From Squalus acanthias (Eukaryota): a stretch of DNA of 64,000 nt. The notes below the pieces were generated by a model, which worked only from the letters and a program-made list of their open reading frames with translations, was not told the origin of the DNA and searched no databases. The stretch spans positions 9,486,001 through 9,550,000 of the forward strand of contig CM059432.1 of the NCBI GenBank assembly GCA_030390025.1, given 5' to 3'. This document shows, in pieces, positions 63,333 to 64,000 of this stretch. The stretch's first letter is position 1; every line of letters starts with the position of its first letter. The position numbers and the translations under genes are program-made.

Positions 63333-64000
63333 ACTTTACTAGGTGAACACAACTCCAGAGCTGAATTATTGATTGTCGAGGGACCATGTTGCCGATTGGG
63401 AAATAATTGTAAGTTTCAGGCTTCAAGTTGGATTGTTTCATATCTATAACAAAGGTTGAAGCGTGACAGCTGGCGTGCGATTGACAAAAGGTACATTGGA
63501 TGAAATGCGACTCTGCCATGGTACTGTTCATAGTTAATGAAAGGATGCGCTGTTACAGCAGGGTTCTTATGCAAGATATTTTGTTTCAGCCTGGAGCCTA
63601 CAATCGCAGGATCATAGAATCTTAGAGCACAGAAGGAGGCCATTCGGCCATCACGCCTGCACCGGCTCTTGTTTTTAAATTAGTGGGGCTGTGTTTCAGA
63701 GACAGTACGGGGAGGGAATGGGGTGACGCTTTAACATTTTCTTTTATAGAGTGGAGACAACAGCTGGGGTTGACATTGCAGAAACGGGTTGAGCCGGGAG
63801 AGGAGGGGGGGCGGGTGGTGCGATCTTTCAAATAGAGGCGGGATAGATTGTATCAGGAGCTGAGGGCAAAGAGCTGGTTGCAGAGCCGCATTTAGAAAAA
63901 CACACTTTCTAGCTGGAGCGTTGAGACCGGGAGCAAGATAAATTTAAATTTTTTTTTTATACAGCTTGTGGCATGGAGAGAGTGCAGAGCTGGTTAAAAT

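Overview
This is eukaryotic, repeat-dense DNA, most likely from a cartilaginous fish (shark or ray). That assignment is an inference from the CR1/L2 LINEs, SacSINE1-like Deu-domain SINEs and Penelope-type palindromes. The whole window lies inside a minus-strand type II classical cadherin gene, best matching cadherin-7. It contains three coding exons (57994-58161, 22199-22386, 2682-2935) separated by 35.6 kb and 19.3 kb introns. The introns hold: (1) a 4.1 kb full-length PIF/Harbinger transposon with TIRs, a TSD, an intact DDE transposase and a convergent three-exon Myb/SANT gene carrying one premature stop; (2) its 746 bp MITE and several other Harbinger-type elements, three of which sit in a shared palindromic target inside CR1 3' ends; (3) two Penelope-like foldback insertions with minimal hammerhead ribozyme motifs; (4) an 8 kb CpG-rich 13-bp satellite with higher-order periodicity; (5) a 3.6 kb GA/GATA microsatellite and a 1.8 kb C-rich array; (6) many truncated LINEs and SINEs. 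There are no prokaryotic features. The very long ORFs in the ORF track are artefacts of simple repeats. LINE and SINE fragment boundaries are approximate.
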